From Methylotenera sp. (GTDB lineage Bacteria > Pseudomonadota > Gammaproteobacteria > Burkholderiales > Methylophilaceae), in the NCBI GenBank assembly GCA_043745985.1, contig JAYTRW010000270.1, positions 1-35,560 of the forward strand: a DNA stretch of 35,560 bases. The letters are read 5' to 3'. The notes beneath the pieces were generated by a model. The model worked only from the letters and a program-made list of their open reading frames with translations. It was not told the DNA's origin and searched no databases. The position numbers were made by a program, and so were the translations under genes. Below are positions 32,372 to 35,560 of the stretch, in pieces. Each line of letters begins with the position of its first letter. Position 1 is the stretch's first letter.

Positions 32372-33778
32372 ATGAACTATAGCGTATTTGAAGTTTTTCG
32401 CATTGGTATTGGCCCCTCAAGCTCACATACGGTTGGGCCAATGATTGCGGTAAACCGTTTTCTTTTAGAAATTGAAAAACGTGGCTTAATTCAGCAGGTT
32501 GCTGAAGTTAAAATTCACCTGTTTGGATCACTCGCACTCACAGGTAAAGGTCATGGAACAGACTATGCTGTTATCGCTGGTTTGGTTGGCGCATTACCCG
32601 ATCAAGTTGATCCAGCAAGCATCATTCCGCTAGTTGAATCTATTAAAGAAACTGGCCGTTTAATGCTGATGAATACCGTTGAAATTCCATTTAATTTCAA
32701 CACGCATTTGGTTTTTCACAATCATCAATCATTACCTCAGCATCCTAATGGCATGGTATTGCAGGCTTTTTATGATGATGGAGATTCACTGCACCGTAAC
32801 TCCTACTTTTCAATAGGTGGCGGCGCAGTGTTGGATGAGCAAGAAATTCTCCGCACCACAAAAACCAGTGCCATTGTTAAAGAAACGCCAGTTTCTACAC
32901 CGTTCTGGTTTGATAACGCTGCAGACTTGCTAAAAATGGGCAACGAGAAAAACCTTTCAATTGCTGAGATAGTTTGGGGCAACGAATTAAGATACCAAAA
33001 TGCGGAAGAAACACGCAGCAAGTTACTTCGGGTTTGGGATGTGATGAATGCTAGCATTGAACGCGGACTTGTGACAGAAGGCATGCTACCCGGCGGGCTA
33101 AAAGTAAAACGCCGAGCGCATTTACTCTACAAACAAGCCAGTACAGTGGGCGGTAAACTATCGTCAGATTTCCAAGCAATGGACATGGTGAGTGCTTTCG
33201 CCATTGCAGTGAATGAAGAAAACGCTTGTGGTGGGCGCGTAGTCACAGCGCCAACCAACGGCTCTGCTGGCGTAATACCATCAGTGTTAAGTTACTTCAC
33301 GCGTTTTTGCCAGCAGCAAAGAACCAAAACTGAAATCGAAGACAACATCATTAAGTTTTTACTCACTGCTGCGGGCATAGGCATGCTGTATAAAAAGAAT
33401 GCCTCTATATCAGCCGCTGAAATGGGCTGCCAAGGTGAGATTGGCGTTTCATGCTCGATGGCAGCAGCAGGTTTAGCAGCGGTACTTGGCGCCAATAATG
33501 AGCAAATTGAAAATGCTGCTGAAATCGCCATGGAACACAATTTAGGCATGAGCTGCGATCCAATTGGTGGCCTTGTCCAAATCCCATGTATTGAGCGCAA
33601 CAGCATGGGCGCAGTGAAAGCCATTAATGCGGCACGCTTAGCAATGATGCATGAAGGCGGTCACATTGTGTCGTTAGATGCAGTGATTGAAACCATGCGC
33701 CAAACGGGTGTGGATATGCAATCAAAATACAAAGAAACAGCGCTCGGCGGATTAGCTATCAATGTCGTCGCTTGCTAG
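32372..33778 (+). CDS. sdaA: Fe-S L-serine ammonia-lyase (single-chain type)
   Basis: [41 protein letters not shown] and [16 protein letters not shown] motifs. Confidence 0.95.
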   Translation: MNYSVFEVFRIGIGPSSSHTVGPMIAVNRFLLEIEKRGLIQQVAEVKIHLFGSLALTGKGHGTDYAVIAGLVGALPDQVDPASIIPLVESIKETGRLMLMNTVEIPFNFNTHLVFHNHQSLPQHPNGMVLQAFYDDGDSLHRNSYFSIGGGAVLDEQEILRTTKTSAIVKETPVSTPFWFDNAADLLKMGNEKNLSIAEIVWGNELRYQNAEETRSKLLRVWDVMNASIERGLVTEGMLPGGLKVKRRAHLLYKQASTVGGKLSSDFQAMDMVSAFAIAVNEENACGGRVVTAPTNGSAGVIPSVLSYFTRFCQQQRTKTEIEDNIIKFLLTAAGIGMLYKKNASISAAEMGCQGEIGVSCSMAAAGLAAVLGANNEQIENAAEIAMEHNLGMSCDPIGGLVQIPCIERNSMGAVKAINAARLAMMHEGGHIVSLDAVIETMRQTGVDMQSKYKETALGGLAINVVAC

Positions 33779-33837
33779 TCATTAATTAAGTTAATGTCCT
33801 GCCAAAATCATATCTTAATGTATTAGAAAGAGCCCCA

Positions 33838-35115
33838 ATGAACCAGACTAAAGCATCCTTCTTCTCAGCATCCCTAGCCGACGCTGACCCTGCAATTCAA
33901 TCGGCGGTCAATGAAGAGCTAGTTCGACAACAATCACAAATTGAACTAATTGCCTCTGAAAATATTGTCTCTCGTGCGGTGCTAGAAGCGCAAGGCACAG
34001 TGTTAACCAACAAATATGCCGAAGGCTATCCAGGTAAACGTTATTACGGCGGTTGTGAGTTTGTCGATAAAGTTGAAACGTTGGCTATCGACAGATTAAA
34101 ACAACTATTCGGTGCGAAATTCGCCAATGTACAGCCACATTCTGGCGCCCAAGCCAATGGCGCAGTCATGTTAGCTATCGCAAAACCTGGCGATACTATT
34201 TTAGGCATGTCACTGGATGCGGGTGGACACTTAACCCATGGCGCCAGACCTGCGCTTTCAGGCAAATGGTTTAACGCAGTGCAATATGGTGTACGTCGTG
34301 AAGACTATCGCTTAGATTATGACCAAGTGGAAGCCCTAGCCAATGAACATAAACCTAAAGTGATTATTGCTGGTTACTCAGCCTATCCGCGGGCTGTGGA
34401 TTTTGCTCGTTTCCGCGAAATTGCTGATAGTGTAGGTGCAACTTTGATGGTGGATATGGCGCACTTTGCTGGAATCGTGGCGGCTGGCCGTCATCAAAAT
34501 CCAGTTGAACATGCGCATATCGTTACATCGACCACCCATAAAACGCTACGCGGCCCTCGCGGTGGAGTGATACTGACTAATGATGAAGAGTTGATTAAAA
34601 AAATAAATTCTGCAGTTTTCCCTGGCTTGCAAGGCGGCCCGCTTATGCATGTGATTGCAGGTAAAGCCGTTGCCTTTGGTGAAGCACTTCAACCTGAGTT
34701 CAAAATGTATATTGACCGAGTATTAGCCAATGCAAAAGCGCTGGGTGAAGTGCTAGTTGCAGGCGGAGTCGACTTAGTAACAGGCGGCACAGACAATCAC
34801 TTAGTCTTGGTCGATTTACGTCCTAAAGGATTAAAAGGTAAGCAAGTTGAGCATGCATTGGAACGTGCTGGTATTACCTGTAACAAAAATGGTATTCCGT
34901 TCGATGACGAAAAACCAACCGTCACCTCTGGTGTGCGTTTGGGCACGCCAGCTGGCACCACACGAGGCTTTGGCGAAGCTGAATTCCGTCAAGTTGGTGA
35001 GTTAATTTTACAAGTATTCGAAGGTTTGAAAAATAATCCAGATGGAGATGAAGCCACAGAAAAGCGTGTGCGCGGTGAAGTATTAGCGCTTTGCAAGCAG
35101 TATCCAATTTATTGA
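33838..35115 (+). CDS. glyA: Serine hydroxymethyltransferase (probably a catabolic copy)
   Basis: [28 protein letters not shown] and [12 protein letters not shown] (PLP lysine) motifs. Confidence 0.97.
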   Translation: MNQTKASFFSASLADADPAIQSAVNEELVRQQSQIELIASENIVSRAVLEAQGTVLTNKYAEGYPGKRYYGGCEFVDKVETLAIDRLKQLFGAKFANVQPHSGAQANGAVMLAIAKPGDTILGMSLDAGGHLTHGARPALSGKWFNAVQYGVRREDYRLDYDQVEALANEHKPKVIIAGYSAYPRAVDFARFREIADSVGATLMVDMAHFAGIVAAGRHQNPVEHAHIVTSTTHKTLRGPRGGVILTNDEELIKKINSAVFPGLQGGPLMHVIAGKAVAFGEALQPEFKMYIDRVLANAKALGEVLVAGGVDLVTGGTDNHLVLVDLRPKGLKGKQVEHALERAGITCNKNGIPFDDEKPTVTSGVRLGTPAGTTRGFGEAEFRQVGELILQVFEGLKNNPDGDEATEKRVRGEVLALCKQYPIY

Positions 35116-35178
35116 TTTAAACGCAAACGCACAGTTAGAAAGTTTATGGTTAATTGATTGATACACAGGAGAAATTAA

Positions 35179-35560
35179 ATGAAACATTCCACTCCTATCA
35201 ATAGTGAAAATAATATCAATATGAGTGATGCTAACGCAGCAGCTATGAGCTATGTTCCGAGGAGCGATGTTCCGCGTGACTTTTTCACGAATAATCAATC
35301 CACTATAGAGGATGTTATTGGCTTTAATGAGTATGCTGAAGTGCTCTATGAAGCAGGCTATAAATCTGCCTATCACTGGTGTGAAAAAGAGTCCAAATTA
35401 AACCATTTATCTGGCATCGCCGTTTTTGAGCATTATTTAAATCGCCTATCACAACGTGGCTGGGGAGTGTTTAGTTTTGAGTTTGTGAATGCCGACACTG
35501 GTAACGCTGAAGTAAAGCTTGAATACTCCTCTTTTGTGCTATCACAGCCTGAAAAGCCGG
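35179..35560 (+). CDS. V4R/DUF5943-like protein of dimethylglycine catabolism loci (P. aeruginosa PA5397-like), truncated by the window edge
   Basis: Not in the ORF track. AGGAG RBS, ATG 35179, open to the end of the window: MKHSTP...YVPRSDVPRDFFTNN...YAEVLYEAGYKSAYHWCEKE...FEHYLNRLSQRGWG. Family recognised from memory of these motifs. Confidence 0.8.
   Translation, partial: MKHSTPINSENNINMSDANAAAMSYVPRSDVPRDFFTNNQSTIEDVIGFNEYAEVLYEAGYKSAYHWCEKESKLNHLSGIAVFEHYLNRLSQRGWGVFSFEFVNADTGNAEVKLEYSSFVLSQPEKP
35247..35276 (+). repeat. Imperfect 15-bp in-frame tandem duplication
   Basis: GAGCTATGTTCCGAG / GAGCGATGTTCCGCG, 13/15 identical. Confidence 0.7.

Noticed and set aside
850-35376. Many 60-130 aa antisense or alternate-frame ORFs in the track (e.g. 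3904..4251, 7157..7549, 12168..12527, 13605..13940, 30820..31152, 35083..35376)
   Set aside because: They overlap well-supported genes, have no recognisable motifs, and are typical shadow ORFs.

Overview
Betaproteobacterial chromosomal window; Methylophilaceae/Methylotenera-like affinity is my inference from the protein sequences, not a search result. The left half (1-18684) is core genome: rpsB-tsf-pyrH-frr-uppS-cdsA-dxr-rseP-bamA-skp-lpxD-fabZ-lpxA-lpxB on the minus strand, and a divergent HDOD gene, map and glnD on the plus strand. The right half (about 18785 to the end) is a choline/glycine-betaine catabolic cluster. On the minus strand it has a cupin, a UPF0126/TRIC membrane protein, betA, betB and a TIGR02001/TorF-like porin. 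On the plus strand it has a GbdR-like regulator, a ChoX-like binding protein, soxBDAG, sdaA, glyA and a truncated PA5397-like (V4R/DUF5943) gene. The strongest signal outside the ORF track is a tandem TGTCGT-type motif with exactly 21-bp spacing, 35-37 bp upstream of a -10-like hexamer, in front of four transcription units (betBA, porin, choX, sox). This suggests a regulon with no betI in the window. It also suggests an unusual uptake set: a porin, a lipid-anchored orphan ChoX and a TRIC-family protein, with no ABC permease or BCCT carrier visible. No mobile elements, rRNA/tRNA genes or CRISPR arrays were seen.
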